From the sequence record DRR723986_5155: a stretch of 64,000 nt of DNA, one strand, 5' to 3'. Shown here piece by piece: positions 9,360-18,973 of the stretch. Both the position numbers and the translations under genes were made by a program. Positions within the stretch are counted from its first letter, which is position 1. Each line of letters starts with the position of its first letter. The notes below the pieces were generated by a model that searched no databases, was not told the origin of the DNA, and worked only from the letters and a program-made list of their open reading frames with translations.

Positions 9360-9827
9360 ATGCGTTGGAAGCGGGGGCTTTTCCGCCTATGGGTCGTCAT
9401 ATCCGGACTTTGGGTCATCGGAGCCCTGATCATCGGTCTCGACGGAATCAGATTTCCGAAGGTGTATGGCCGCGTCGTCGATCTTCATCCGTCGTCGAAG
9501 ACGCACGAGTTCACGAACGAGACCGTTTACACCTGGAGTTCATCGACGCCGGCCGCTCCAGCTGGTTTCGAAAGGGCCACCTATGACTTCGATGGGACGA
9601 CGTACATCTTCCAGTTTCCGGAAGGATCCTTGCCAAGTTTCGAGGGATCCGATTGGATCAAGAGCGTTGCCGACGACGTTGAAGACGACAGGAAACAGCG
9701 GCTGTGGGATGCGCGTTTGGAACGCATTCTGGTAACGGCGGCTGGGGCCTTGATCCCGCCAGCTATCGTCCTCGCCATCGGTGCCGCCTTCGCATGGGCA
9801 TTCTCCGGCTTCAGTCGAAAGGACTAG
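9360..9827 (+). CDS. Hypothetical membrane protein (two TM segments)
   Basis: RGLFRLWVVISGLWV N-terminal TM; C-terminal TM ending WAFSGF. Confidence 0.8.
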   Translation: MRWKRGLFRLWVVISGLWVIGALIIGLDGIRFPKVYGRVVDLHPSSKTHEFTNETVYTWSSSTPAAPAGFERATYDFDGTTYIFQFPEGSLPSFEGSDWIKSVADDVEDDRKQRLWDARLERILVTAAGALIPPAIVLAIGAAFAWAFSGFSRKD

Positions 9828-9998
9828 GTGACGGAGACGGTTGCCAGTCGTCTGGAGCGCGATCTTTCGGAGCCGATGAAGAAGTCCACCGAGTGAAGTC
9901 CCACTTCCGGATCGGATCGGGATCCAACCAAGAGAGATCCCCTCTGGTTCGTTCGATCGCGATCTATAGCAATAGGTGAAGTTTAAAGGAGAGATCGA

Positions 9999-10757
9999 AT
10001 GCGTGATTTGGCGCAAGCAATTCCGGATGTGGATTTGATCCTGACCATGGAGCCAGAGGAGCTAGCGGCAAAATTGTTGTTTGTCTTACGCAGTCGCATC
10101 GACGGAGGACGTCGGCATGTTCATCTGGGGAATTGCCTAAATGAATTTGATAGCAGAGACACCTCCAACAGAACCGTTTTCCCGGCCGAACATGCGAAAG
10201 ACCTGAAGATCGCGTTGACTGAGGCTTGGTCATGGTTGGAGGCTCAAGGAATGCTTATTCCGGCCCCCGACCAAAACGGGCAGAACGGCTGGCGAATCTT
10301 TAGCCGAAGAGCAACGCGGTTTGCCGACGAAACCGAGTTCGCGAAATATGAAGTCTCTCGGCTCCTGCCGAAAGACGCGCTTCACCCACGCATTGCAGGA
10401 CGGGTTTGGTCAGCATTTATCCGCGGTGAATTCGATGCCGCTGTTTTTCAAGCTATGAAGGGCGTTGAGGTTTACGTCCGTGATGTGGGCGGGTTCGGTG
10501 ATGAGCTTATCGGTGTCAAACTGATGCAAGAGGCTTTCAAGACCGAAGACGGGGCATTGACCGACATGAACGCAGAAAAAGGAGAAAGGGTTGCGCGAAT
10601 GCAGCTCTTCATCGGAGCCATCGGCTCGTACAAGAATCCGAACTCGCATCGGGATGTCGACATGAGTGATCCGACGGAGGCATTGGAAATCATCCTGCTC
10701 GCAAATCACCTGATGAAAATCGTTGACGCACGAGCATCTGAAATCGCTCCAGGATAA
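9999..10757 (+). CDS. TIGR02391 / Ymh-like HEPN-related protein
   Basis: AVFQAMKGVEVYVR, GVKLMQEAF, LFIGAIGSYKNPNSHR. Confidence 0.85.
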   Translation: MRDLAQAIPDVDLILTMEPEELAAKLLFVLRSRIDGGRRHVHLGNCLNEFDSRDTSNRTVFPAEHAKDLKIALTEAWSWLEAQGMLIPAPDQNGQNGWRIFSRRATRFADETEFAKYEVSRLLPKDALHPRIAGRVWSAFIRGEFDAAVFQAMKGVEVYVRDVGGFGDELIGVKLMQEAFKTEDGALTDMNAEKGERVARMQLFIGAIGSYKNPNSHRDVDMSDPTEALEIILLANHLMKIVDARASEIAPG

Positions 10758-10810
10758 GTGAATAAGAGCCCACTAGGTGCCGATGAGAATTCGTTTGAGG
10801 AGGTAGAAAA

Positions 10811-11722
10811 TTGCAGAAGCAGTACCACCTGAATTCGTCGCCCATACCCTCAGGTTTCCGGATATTCTTTGACCGGGTCCCGGTCATGGGAGTGGCTCTT
10901 GATGGCCGAAAGGCCAGCGCCGCTGCTTTTTGCAAGGCGACCGGGCAGTCGTTGGTTCTTGTCCCCGATCCGACCGACAAACATGACCGGCACGCCATCA
11001 AGGTTTTTGGCGAATGGAAGGGCTGGTTTCGGCGGAAGCGTGAGTTCCTTGGATATGTCCCCGCCGAGACGGCGGCGGCCTTGGCACAGGCCGGAGTCGT
11101 CGATTATGTGCGCCCCCGGCTTCTCAAAACGTATTTGGGGTCGGACGGATTTGTCGAAATCGAATTCCAGGTCATCGGCCCCAAGGAGATGTACGAGAGC
11201 GTCTTTCCGAAGAAGCAGCCCCCTGCGGAAAATCTGACGGCCGAGGAAACGATCGCCCGGGACAACGTAGCCGTCGAGCGGTTGCGGTCTCTGGTCGAGT
11301 TCCTCGAAACAATGCCGAAAATGTCGTCGGACCAAATCGAGAAGCTTTCGAAAAAGCACCTTCGTGAAATCACGAGCCGGATGCTGGAGACTGGAGAGAG
11401 CCATGGCCAAGCGTCCGGCGGCCCAGCTTTTCTGAACGAGCCGGAAGACCAATTCCGCAATCACCTGAATTCGATTGATAACGACCTCGCGGCCCAGGTT
11501 GAAATCGTCGACGACAGCTGCCGGGGATATTTCGAAACCGGGGAGGTGCCGGCTCCATATTATGCTTGGCGGATTGCAATCATCCTCGGCAAGTCGAAGA
11601 AGGCGAACCTGGAACGCGAGTTCCTTGCCGCGTGGTGCAAGCATTTTTCGGACGGTGTTGGCGCTCGCTACGAAGAGCTTGTGAAGAGAGCCATCAAGAA
11701 GGGTGCAATTGTTTCCGATTGA
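10811..11722 (+). CDS. HIRAN-domain protein with an unknown C-terminal helical domain
   Basis: LVPDPTDKHDRHAIKVFG...LGYVP HIRAN motif; GAGGAGG RBS, TTG start. Confidence 0.8.
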   Translation: MQKQYHLNSSPIPSGFRIFFDRVPVMGVALDGRKASAAAFCKATGQSLVLVPDPTDKHDRHAIKVFGEWKGWFRRKREFLGYVPAETAAALAQAGVVDYVRPRLLKTYLGSDGFVEIEFQVIGPKEMYESVFPKKQPPAENLTAEETIARDNVAVERLRSLVEFLETMPKMSSDQIEKLSKKHLREITSRMLETGESHGQASGGPAFLNEPEDQFRNHLNSIDNDLAAQVEIVDDSCRGYFETGEVPAPYYAWRIAIILGKSKKANLEREFLAAWCKHFSDGVGARYEELVKRAIKKGAIVSD

Positions 11723-11769
11723 TCGGAAATTCGACGTCACGCCCCAGAATCGCGAACGGTAACCAAGGA

Positions 11770-12300
11770 TTATGCGTCGTCGACTCGCCAGGAGCTGTCG
11801 TCTCTTGGGAGCTTTCCCTCGGGGTCGTGGACGAGCACCTGATGGGGCAAGTCATCGGTCCAATCCCAGAGAACCAAGTTATGATGCTCCGGCTTCGCAT
11901 CGGCAGCGAATGACGGCACGAGAATTCCGGCCGCGCCGCCGTCGATCAGGGCATCCGCGATGTCCCATGTCGGCGGAATGGTTTCGTCGCCGGGGAGCGT
12001 CTTCCAGGCACCAGACATATCGGACACGTCGATCCCGAGGGTTTCACGCACATCGGCATCCGTGAGATCGACGATGTCCTCGCAATCCACGTTGTATTGA
12101 ACGAGCGTCAGCGGCGACATGCGGTTCGCGAAGCCCTGGGTCATTTCCGAGATCACGCCATCAAGGGACGAAGCCAGATAGAGGGCAGGGGTACCGACGG
12201 CATTCCAGCGGCCGCCATGAAGGCGAGCGCCTTCACCTGATGTGGCAGCCCACGACCATCGGGGATGATGTCCCCGATAATATGCCCCCTGAACTCGCAC
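11770..12300 (-). CDS. RES-domain toxin (NAD+ phosphorylase family)
   Basis: YR, GGRWN, LYLA..E, GILVPS, NLVLW motifs. Confidence 0.92.
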   Translation of the reverse strand: MRVQGAYYRGHHPRWSWAATSGEGARLHGGRWNAVGTPALYLASSLDGVISEMTQGFANRMSPLTLVQYNVDCEDIVDLTDADVRETLGIDVSDMSGAWKTLPGDETIPPTWDIADALIDGGAAGILVPSFAADAKPEHHNLVLWDWTDDLPHQVLVHDPEGKLPRDDSSWRVDDA

Positions 12301-12303
12301 CGA

Positions 12304-12825
12304 TTATGAGAAGGCGCCGGTCGCCACGGCATCCAGGTATTCGCGAACCTGTTCCGCGTTGCCCGTTTTTACCAACGATTCCGCAGTTCGATCACCGAAA
12401 GCGGGGATCGGGAAAGAGCGATACCATTTCCTGGCTTCATCTTCACCGCCAGCCCAGTCGGTCACGCGGGCAACGATTTCGTCGCCTTCCTGGCTGAAGT
12501 GCTGGACGGAGAGCTTCGCGGCTTCCGGTGTTTCGGCGATCATCACCACGCGCCGTCCGGATTTTCGAAGGAGACCCTTGCCAACGAGAACCTTACCGCC
12601 TTCAGCCTTGACCTTGTGGCCTTTCCGGATTGCCTCACGAACAAGCAAACGGCCACCGGGCCGGACGTCGACGACTTCGACGACCGAACCCACCATCTCC
12701 TTGCCGGATTTGACGACCCACTTCTGGGCGTGCTCGGAACGGCCGGATTTCGGTGTCACGATGGAGGTGGTGTCGCCAGCAGATCGGCGACGGCCTGAGG
12801 TCGTTTTGTCCTGTGCTTTCGCCAT
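12304..12825 (-). CDS. Xre/MbcA/ParS-type antitoxin (C-terminal toxin-binding domain)
   Basis: ARKWYRSFPIPAFGDRTAESLV..G..EQVREYLD; ends 3 bp upstream of the RES gene. Confidence 0.85.
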   Translation of the reverse strand: MAKAQDKTTSGRRRSAGDTTSIVTPKSGRSEHAQKWVVKSGKEMVGSVVEVVDVRPGGRLLVREAIRKGHKVKAEGGKVLVGKGLLRKSGRRVVMIAETPEAAKLSVQHFSQEGDEIVARVTDWAGGEDEARKWYRSFPIPAFGDRTAESLVKTGNAEQVREYLDAVATGAFS

Positions 12826-13298
12826 GGATGATCCTTCCTTTCACCCGATCATATGGTGATTTGCTAACAAATGCACCACAACCTGGACCCAGAGTGGGGG
12901 CGGGAACCGTCTGGAATTTCAGTGATGGCGGAACTACTCGGCATCCAATGCACGCATGAATTTCTCCGGGGAGTATTCGGCGGGATCCTCGGCCAGCCGT
13001 GCGTCGATGCGCTCGTTCCGGTATGCGTCGGCTTTTCCACCTGCGAAACACCTAGCGAGCCTTCTTTCGCTCTTGAGCGCATCAAAGAAGCTCGGTCCGC
13101 CGATTTGGAGATCCCAAACTGCCAGCAGTTTGCCCAGATCTGTTCAACCAGCAGGGTACCCGGAAATTTTCGAGGACGTACGACTATCATGGTTTGCAGT
13201 AATCTATCGTGTTCGGCCAGAAGGGTCAGCCCCAGGAAAACGTCTGAACGAAAAGGCGGTTGACGCCGCCTACACGGAGCAAAAAGTTATGTAAAGAG

Positions 13299-13616
13299 TC
13301 AGGGACGATACCCGATTATTTCTCCCTGCTTCACATAGACGTTTTGATATTCCGATCCTTTGACGGGCACTGCCATCTTGCAGGTGACAAAATATACGAC
13401 CTGCTTTTGCGTGGAGTGGGAGGGTGACATGCTGGCATTGCCGATGCTGACGCATCCGGGATGGTTTGCAGCCACAAATTGAATAGCATCGTTTAACCCA
13501 GACATCAGATGCTGCTGGTCGCTGGGGAGGTAGGCGGCTCCTGCGCTGACCACAGCTTCGGCATTTGCAAGTGCAGGGACAAGAAAAAAGGCGGAAGCGA
13601 CGATAATCGTCTTCAT
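13299..13616 (-). CDS. Hypothetical secreted protein
   Basis: Signal peptide MKTIIVASAFFLVPALANA; AGGAG RBS. Confidence 0.75.
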   Translation of the reverse strand: MKTIIVASAFFLVPALANAEAVVSAGAAYLPSDQQHLMSGLNDAIQFVAANHPGCVSIGNASMSPSHSTQKQVVYFVTCKMAVPVKGSEYQNVYVKQGEIIGYRP

Positions 13617-13907
13617 TGTAGTCTCCTAGTATCAATTGCAGCGACATATTTTACAATTAAAAGTTAAGTTGAAATGACTATGCTAACCCCGACTTTATGT
13701 ACCTCATATATTCCTTCATATCCGACGTTGTGTCCGCTGCCACGACGATCTCGCACCTGTAACAACGGTGACGACCTGATAGGAATTCTCCCTAGTTCGA
13801 TAAGACATCAAATAAGGAAGCCTGTGCCGCGTCTCTGGTCCCGCCTTCAAAAGGTCAAACGACTGCTTCCAGAGGTGTAAACAGCGATGAGAGGGGCGAC
13901 GTGATCC

Positions 13908-14233
13908 AACTATTCGAAATCTTCTCAATAGTTGCCCGACGTCGAACTTGTCGGAAATCCCGACAGGTTGCCAGATGTTCTCGCGCCGGGGAGATCGAGG
14001 CTGTCGCCATATACGAACCTATATGTGTGGAGGTAATATACGAGCGTATATAGGCTCCGCGAACTACCGAGGATTCCTCGGAGGTTGGACGAAGGGGCAA
14101 CTGTCCGGGAATTCCAGACGGTTAGACGGCGAGCAACTTCCAAGAAAACTTTGGAGGTTTGGTGTCGAGGACCAACGCGCAAGAAATCCTTGCAGGTTGA
14201 AGGACGGCAACTTGTGCAGAAAATGCACAGGTT
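13908..14233. repeat. Array of seven variable 25-bp palindromes (AAC-N7-N5-N7-GTT)
   Basis: Units start at 13908 (26 bp), 13945, 14062, 14099, 14135, 14174 and 14209; adjacent units are separated by 10-14 nt linkers. Confidence 0.9.
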
Positions 14234-14243
14234 CGATTTCGCC

Positions 14244-14276
14244 ATCAAAAAAGGCGGCCGGAGCCGCCTCTCTGAT
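14244..14276 (-). terminator. Intrinsic terminator-like hairpin closing the array
   Basis: AGGCGGC-cgga-GCCGCCT stem with a T-tract on the minus strand. Confidence 0.65.
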
Positions 14277-14697
14277 TTCGCGTTCGCCTGATTGAAACAG
14301 ACTTCCTAAACTTGGGTCAGCCAGATCCCTCTTGACAACGAAGTAAACAAACGCTGACAGCGCTTCCCATCCTATCGAAGCGTTCCGCCTCTTCGGACGC
14401 TGGATCCACGAGGCCCAGGATTGACATCCTTGTTCAGAGGCAAATCTCCAAAGCTTCGTAGAGCGCCTTCCATCGGTGTCGGCAGTCCTAACCGCTTGAT
14501 GATTTGGCCAAACCACTCCGTTCTGAGAACTGATTTTAGACGTTCCGGAATTCGATGGCGTAACCGTTTGTAGCTACACAGCACCCGTTCGGTAAGCTAG
14601 AGGTCTAAGGTTTCTGTCTTAGATACATTCTATCCGAACCGGAACGTCGGCATTCTTTGGTCTTGGTCAAACCCAATCCGCTATGTAGGCTTCCTGC

Positions 14698-15159
14698 TCA
14701 AGCCGACAGACTTTTGGTCGAACCGTGTGGAGCTCTGAAGCCGATCTGGACCCTATTCCAGAGATTGATCGCTCCGATCGCGAGCGACAGCCAAGCAATC
14801 TCAGATGGATTGAATGCTTCCTCAAGTACCGTCCAGTCTTCGTCAGGGGCGCCAGTTTTCTCAACGCGCGTCAACGCTTCAGTCCACGCGAGGGCCGCAC
14901 GTTCTCGAGCGGAATAGAGCGTGGAATCTCGCCAGCCCGCCAGAATATAAAGCCGTGCCGGGTCTTCGCCGTCTTTCAAGGCCTCGGACGTGTGGAGGTG
15001 GATGCAAAATGCACATCCATTGATCTGGGACGCCCGCAGCTTGACTAGGTGCAGCAGTTTCGCATCCAGTGGGCTATTCTTCAGTTGGGTCTCAAACTCG
15101 ATCAGTGGCTTGAAGCCTGGTTCGGCAAGCTTGAAATGATCTGTCATGCGTGGTGACAT
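14698..15159 (-). CDS. Carboxymuconolactone decarboxylase / AhpD-like protein
   Basis: LRASQINGCAFCIHLH. Confidence 0.92.
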   Translation of the reverse strand: MSPRMTDHFKLAEPGFKPLIEFETQLKNSPLDAKLLHLVKLRASQINGCAFCIHLHTSEALKDGEDPARLYILAGWRDSTLYSARERAALAWTEALTRVEKTGAPDEDWTVLEEAFNPSEIAWLSLAIGAINLWNRVQIGFRAPHGSTKSLSA

Positions 15160-15256
15160 GATTTTGCTCCGTTTCTTCTTACTGTTGGATTGGTTGCTGA
15201 CCGCGAAATAGACGCGTCCCTACTTGGGACTGCGGCTCGCGGGAAACGAAGGTGGA

Positions 15257-15655
15257 TCAATCGACCGGCATCACCACTGGATTGTCTTTCTCCTTGAGAA
15301 GAACGACGATGAATCGAGCCGGCTCGGAATCGCTTGCGTTTCGGCTGACCAGATGAATATCCGTTGGGCTTTCGTAGTAGGTGTCGCCAGGCAGCAGAGT
15401 TTTCGCTTCCTGCCCCTCGACCTGCATCACGATCGAGCCTTCGAGCAGGTAGACAAACGCGTGCGCGTCGTGTTTGTGGATCGGGGTTGAGCCACCGGGT
15501 GCATAATCGACGCTGATCATGAGAGCTTCTTTTCCCGGATAGTCCGGAAGCTCAGTGGAAAAGAGTGGCGTTACGGTGCCCTCTTCAGCCGATGCGGAAA
15601 ATACTGCGCAACCAGTGCACAAGGCGAGAGCTGTGAAGAGTAAGAGCTTTTTCAT
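15257..15655 (-). CDS. Secreted cupin-domain protein
   Basis: Signal peptide; PIHKHDAHAFVYLLEG and GDTYYESPTDIH. Confidence 0.9.
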   Translation of the reverse strand: MKKLLLFTALALCTGCAVFSASAEEGTVTPLFSTELPDYPGKEALMISVDYAPGGSTPIHKHDAHAFVYLLEGSIVMQVEGQEAKTLLPGDTYYESPTDIHLVSRNASDSEPARFIVVLLKEKDNPVVMPVD

Positions 15656-16077
15656 GGTATCGTCCCGCTGCGATGTAAGTCTTTCCAACAAGACCGTTAA
15701 AACTGAAAACGGAGCTTCGAGGCGGGTTGCCTCATCGCGCAACTTGGCAGTATCTGTTGAGTGCGATCGCTCGTTTGCCTGACGATGAGCAGCAGCTTGA
15801 TTGGGGGGATCCCTTTATCTTCGTCGTTGCTCGCGAATGTGCAGGCAAATAAACATTACTGATCAGCAATAGTTCGAGACCCATCGCCATTGCGCTGTTT
15901 CAATGCCTTTTGCGCATTGAAGTAAGTTTGTTGGCTAGGTCCTTGGAGACGGGGCAGCCACCAGCTTCGAAATTAATCGCTTGATAGGCGCAGGCACATC
16001 TCTTGTGCCCACCTCCGTCCTAAAAACTTCCGTTGCTCCCTTCCACTTAGGTCCAGGACTTAGAAGGAGTAATTGGA

Positions 16078-16827
16078 ATGCAAAGTCTGAAAGGAAAAGT
16101 GGCTGTTATTACGGGTGGTGGCAGCGGGATTGGAAAAGCGACGGCCAAGCTTTTTGCCGAGCAAGGGGCGCGAGTAGTCATAACTGGCCGGCGCAATGGC
16201 GTGCTCGATGAAGTCGCCAAAGAAATCGGCCACGGCGCGATGGGCATACAAGCGGATGTCGCTAGCCTTGAGGATCACAAGCGCGTCGCTCATGAAGTTG
16301 CAAGGTGGTTCGGCGGCGTGGACGTCTATTTCGCAAATGCTGGCATCATCAACATCAATCCGGCGGACAAGGTCTCGGAGCAAGAGTTCGAAGAGCACTT
16401 CGCGACGAATGCGAAGGGGACGTTCTTTGGCGTTCAGGCAACACTTCCGGTGATGCGCGACGGTGGAAGCATCATAGTGACAAGTTCCCTGGCGGCGACC
16501 AAGGTTCTGCCCAATCACACTCTATATGCGGGCACGAAGGCAGCCATTTCAGCGTTCGCACGTAATTGGGTGCTTGAACTCAAGGCCCGTCGAATCCGAG
16601 TGAATATTCTCAGCCCGGGACCGGTTGAAACCGAAATTCTGGAAAAGCTTGGGATTGCCGGCGAGGAAAGGTCGAACCTCCTGAAGTCAATGGAAGAACT
16701 GATCCCTGTCGGTCGAATGGGGAAACCGGAAGAACTCGCCCAGGCGGCACTCTTCTTGGCCTCCGATGCAAGCAGTTTCGTCAATGGTGTCGAGTTGCAT
16801 GCAGACGGCGGCATGGCACTGGTTTGA
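16078..16827 (+). CDS. Short-chain dehydrogenase/reductase
   Basis: TGGGSGIG, NAG, YAGTK. Confidence 0.95.
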   Translation: MQSLKGKVAVITGGGSGIGKATAKLFAEQGARVVITGRRNGVLDEVAKEIGHGAMGIQADVASLEDHKRVAHEVARWFGGVDVYFANAGIININPADKVSEQEFEEHFATNAKGTFFGVQATLPVMRDGGSIIVTSSLAATKVLPNHTLYAGTKAAISAFARNWVLELKARRIRVNILSPGPVETEILEKLGIAGEERSNLLKSMEELIPVGRMGKPEELAQAALFLASDASSFVNGVELHADGGMALV

Positions 16828-17258
16828 AAGGATTAGATGTGTCTGAGAGTACAAATCCCGAGATCGTGGCTTTTATCGATCGTTTGGCCGACGTTGGCAG
16901 CAACTACCGGATTTCTGAAATGGAACCGCTCTATACCGATGACCTTGGTTTTCTGGTGCTGACTCCGGACGGAGGTGTTCAGCGGTTCTCGAAGTCCCAG
17001 ATGCTGGACGAGTTCCAATCGCGACGCGACGCCGGCGAAGCACCGCTTTCCACGGAAAAGCGAATTCTACATATCGAGGAAAACGGTGTGGAAGCGACCG
17101 CGATCCTCTATCGGCGTATGAGCAGCATCGCGGATCCCGCACTCTACGAGCTTCGTCTGAGAAAAATTGAAGGTGCATGGAAGGTCTCGGGCGAAACCGT
17201 GGCTCCCTGGCCAGACTTGGCAAGTTCGCACGGCTTCCTTCCACCAAGGTCGAAATGA
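16824..17258 (+). CDS. NTF2/SnoaL-like protein
   Basis: Size and pattern (LRKIEGAWKV); translationally coupled to the SDR. Confidence 0.7.
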   Translation: MKGLDVSESTNPEIVAFIDRLADVGSNYRISEMEPLYTDDLGFLVLTPDGGVQRFSKSQMLDEFQSRRDAGEAPLSTEKRILHIEENGVEATAILYRRMSSIADPALYELRLRKIEGAWKVSGETVAPWPDLASSHGFLPPRSK

Positions 17259-17359
17259 CGATTTAAAAATCGGCGCCTCGCGTTATCGCGGGGCGCTTCA
17301 GGTTCGTCGGATCAGGTCTCCTCGTGTTCATTCCGGTCAGACAGTGTCGAAGCGTGATG

Positions 17360-18973
17360 TTAGGTGTTGTCGAGGTTTCCTGACGAAATTTTTGAGATGA
17401 TGATCTTCGAAACGACAAGGACCGGCGCTGCGACGCAGAAGAAAAATGCGATCGTCATGAATGCCGTGTCGAACGCGATGACGGAGGCCTGATACACCAA
17501 TTCCTGGCCAATCATTCGGATTGCTGCACGGCTGGCCGTGCTGGCTTCAACGCCGCGGGCAATTAGCAAGCTAGTGAGTGAGGCGAGCCGTTCCGAAACT
17601 TCAATCCTACCGGGCAGCAAATGGGATGCCAGTATGGTCTTGTTCAGGGCGGTTTGATTGTGGATCAGGGTCTCCAGAAATGCGACCCCCAGGAGGCCGC
17701 CCATTTGGCGGCCGACGTTGAAAAGAGCGACACCGTGAGCAGCAATTGAATTTGGTAGACCCACGAGCGTTATCAACGTTATCGACAGAAACAGGAATCC
17801 AAGTCCAAGTCCCCGCAGCAATATTGCAGGCATCATGTCCTGCGGGCCACTGTCTGCGTTTGAGCCGGACAGCATCCACATGGTGGTCATGAAGATCAGA
17901 ATACCAAATGGAACTGTGACAACGGGTGGGAGGTTGACTTTGCCAACCAGGAAAGCGGTCAGAAACAGACTGCAAACGAACATACCGGAACTTGGTAGCA
18001 GCAGCAGCCCGGCTTCCGTAGCAGTCATCTTTAGGATCGAAACAGCAAAGGACGGGATAACATAAGCGCTGCCGAATAATGCAAAACCTGCCGCGAAGCT
18101 TGCGAGGAAGCCGAAAGCAAAGTCCTGGTTCCTGAAGACGGATAAATCGAGGAGAGCAGTTGTGGCCTGAGAACGACCTTGATGAAGTGCGAAAAGAACC
18201 AGCGCAGAGCTGCCAAGCAATATCAGGTTCACTATGAACGGTTCCTCCAGCCAATCCCATCGATTGCCCTGGCCAAGAACGAACGTCAGGCAGAAAGCGG
18301 CCGCCCCAATTAAGGAAAAGCCGACCCAGTCGAACCCATTGCCTATCGAGGTGGTATCGTCCTCGATCCTCACGAGGGAGAGACACAAAGTGGAGACAAC
18401 GCCCGTGGGTACGATGAGCAGGAATACCCAGTCCCAGGAAAGCGTTTCAACGAGCCATCCTTGCACTGACGGTGCAAGAGTTGTTGGTGCGACCACTGCT
18501 CCCATCGCGAACACCGCCTGAATTATGGGCTGATCGTTCTTGTTGAAGGCCGTCAGCAGGATCGTCTGTCCGCACACAAGCACAACACCTCCTGTCATCC
18601 CCTGGAAAAGGCGCAAGGCGATTTGAAAGTCGAGGTCGCTGGTCAGGGCGGCCAAGCCACATGATATCGTCAAGATGCCGGTTGCCGCCCGAATGCATGT
18701 TTGCGCTGAAAGCCGGTACATCAGCCATGGCGACAACAGGAAGAAGGCTAATTTTGCAGCGGTGTAGCCTACGTTCAGCAGTGAAAACTCGTCGGACGTC
18801 GCATAGAGATCTCCAGACATGTCAAGTCGCGCGACGGACAAAACAGTCGACGCAATCGCTTCACAAAGCGCTGCAAGGACGATGCCGGTTACGAGAAGCA
18901 GCTTTGATATACGCTCTGAGGCACGCCGCCGCGATGCGGCTTTGCCGGTGTCGGCAAACGGAGCGAGGGTCAT
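17360..18973 (-). CDS. DHA2-family MFS efflux permease (EmrB-like)
   Basis: ~14 TM segments, RLFQG, WDWVF, RQMGG. Confidence 0.92.
   Translation of the reverse strand: MTLAPFADTGKAASRRRASERISKLLLVTGIVLAALCEAIASTVLSVARLDMSGDLYATSDEFSLLNVGYTAAKLAFFLLSPWLMYRLSAQTCIRAATGILTISCGLAALTSDLDFQIALRLFQGMTGGVVLVCGQTILLTAFNKNDQPIIQAVFAMGAVVAPTTLAPSVQGWLVETLSWDWVFLLIVPTGVVSTLCLSLVRIEDDTTSIGNGFDWVGFSLIGAAAFCLTFVLGQGNRWDWLEEPFIVNLILLGSSALVLFALHQGRSQATTALLDLSVFRNQDFAFGFLASFAAGFALFGSAYVIPSFAVSILKMTATEAGLLLLPSSGMFVCSLFLTAFLVGKVNLPPVVTVPFGILIFMTTMWMLSGSNADSGPQDMMPAILLRGLGLGFLFLSITLITLVGLPNSIAAHGVALFNVGRQMGGLLGVAFLETLIHNQTALNKTILASHLLPGRIEVSERLASLTSLLIARGVEASTASRAAIRMIGQELVYQASVIAFDTAFMTIAFFFCVAAPVLVVSKIIISKISSGNLDNT

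Noticed and set aside
10850-11740. Long antisense ORFs (also 44800-45567, 45479-46474, 50271-51122)
   Set aside because: They lie opposite well-supported genes and show no recognisable motifs.
13908-14233. CRISPR array
   Set aside because: No constant direct repeat with unique spacers, and no cas genes in the window.
13908-14233. TIGR-type guide array (similar ~36-nt period)
   Set aside because: The variable segments are reverse complements of each other, the period is irregular, and no Nop-domain gene was recognised.
9169-14233. Integron attC sites
   Set aside because: The units are 25 bp, far shorter than attC sites; they occur in tandem without genes between them; and the integrase is phage-type, not IntI.
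13674-14584. Short ORFs across the array region
   Set aside because: They overlap each other, lack coherent domains, and the units fall in different frames; treated as non-coding.
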